From an uncultured Verrucomicrobiales bacterium (GTDB taxonomy: Bacteria; Verrucomicrobiota; Verrucomicrobiia; Verrucomicrobiales; DEV007): a stretch of DNA of 16,427 nucleotides. The stretch is from assembly GCA_938091905.1 (NCBI GenBank), contig CALKOM010000019.1, forward strand, positions 1 through 16,427, given 5' to 3'. Shown piece after piece: positions 15,920 through 16,427 of this stretch. The notes below the pieces were generated by a model. That model ran no database searches. It saw only the letters and a program-made list of their open reading frames with translations, and was not told where the DNA came from. How positions within the stretch are numbered: position 1 is the stretch's first letter; the number at the start of each line of letters is the position of its first letter. The translations under genes and the position numbers were made by a program.

Positions 15920-16427
15920 TCAAGCCACCTTTAGCACACCTGTGCTATCAGCAATGCGGTCCATTTTGACGCCCATGGTTTGCGCCATGGTGAGCCAGAG
16001 ATTGGCAATCGGCGTGCCTTCTGGTGATTGAACATGGCGATCGGTTGCAATCGCACCGCCAACTCGGCCAGCCACCACCGTCGGCAGATCGGTGTAGATG
16101 TGCAGCTCACCACTACTCAATCCAGAGCCCAAGGTAAATATCATGTTGGCTATCATGATATTTACCTTCGCCTTCTTCAATCGCATCCATCTTTGCCACC
16201 AGATGCACGAACTGTAGGATGTGTAACTTATCCAATTGCTCCAACTCTTTGCGCACGTCTTCTTTGCCCTGGGCATGGCTCACGCCATGATGCTGCACTG
16301 GCTTTTCAAACAAGCCATGCACGGTGAGCGGTGCGCTCCAACGTTCAGGCCCTGACATTAACGTCGCCAGCCGAGTCAGGTCTGTTTGCAAGGCCAAGAT
16401 CATCAAGTCCCCCATCACCTGGATGAA
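15920..16427 (-). pseudogene. DUF1552 (HXXSHH) family protein C-terminus, frameshifted near 16150
   Basis: Frame A: MGDLMILALQTDLTRLATLM...HHGVSH...KMDAIEEGEG. Frame B continues NMIFTLGSGLSSGELHIYTDLPTVVAG...TPIANLWLTMAQTMGV...ADSTG*. Partial at the window edge. Confidence 0.85.

Overview
Bacterial accessory region, probably PVC superphylum/Verrucomicrobia (inferred from protein families: DUF1552, lamin-tail, PQQ-like propeller, Ig, azurin-like). The intact core (4162-15339) looks like a cyclic-nucleotide signalling locus: glutaminase-STAS-cNMP (divergent), a stand-alone cNMP-binding protein, a secreted pentapeptide/LTD/NHL-propeller protein translationally coupled to an orphan PhnD-like binding lipoprotein, a membrane hybrid histidine kinase (two REC, no HPt), a single-domain DivK-like regulator, and a tandem-DHp/REC/class III adenylate cyclase. 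It is embedded in decayed DNA: ISL3, two IS3, IS110 and possible IS630 remnants, several gene fragments and a frameshifted DUF1552 gene. A ~70-bp element occurs three times in the same orientation, each time abutting a gene broken mid-frame. Short tandem duplications and perfect fold-back hairpins coincide with several lesions.
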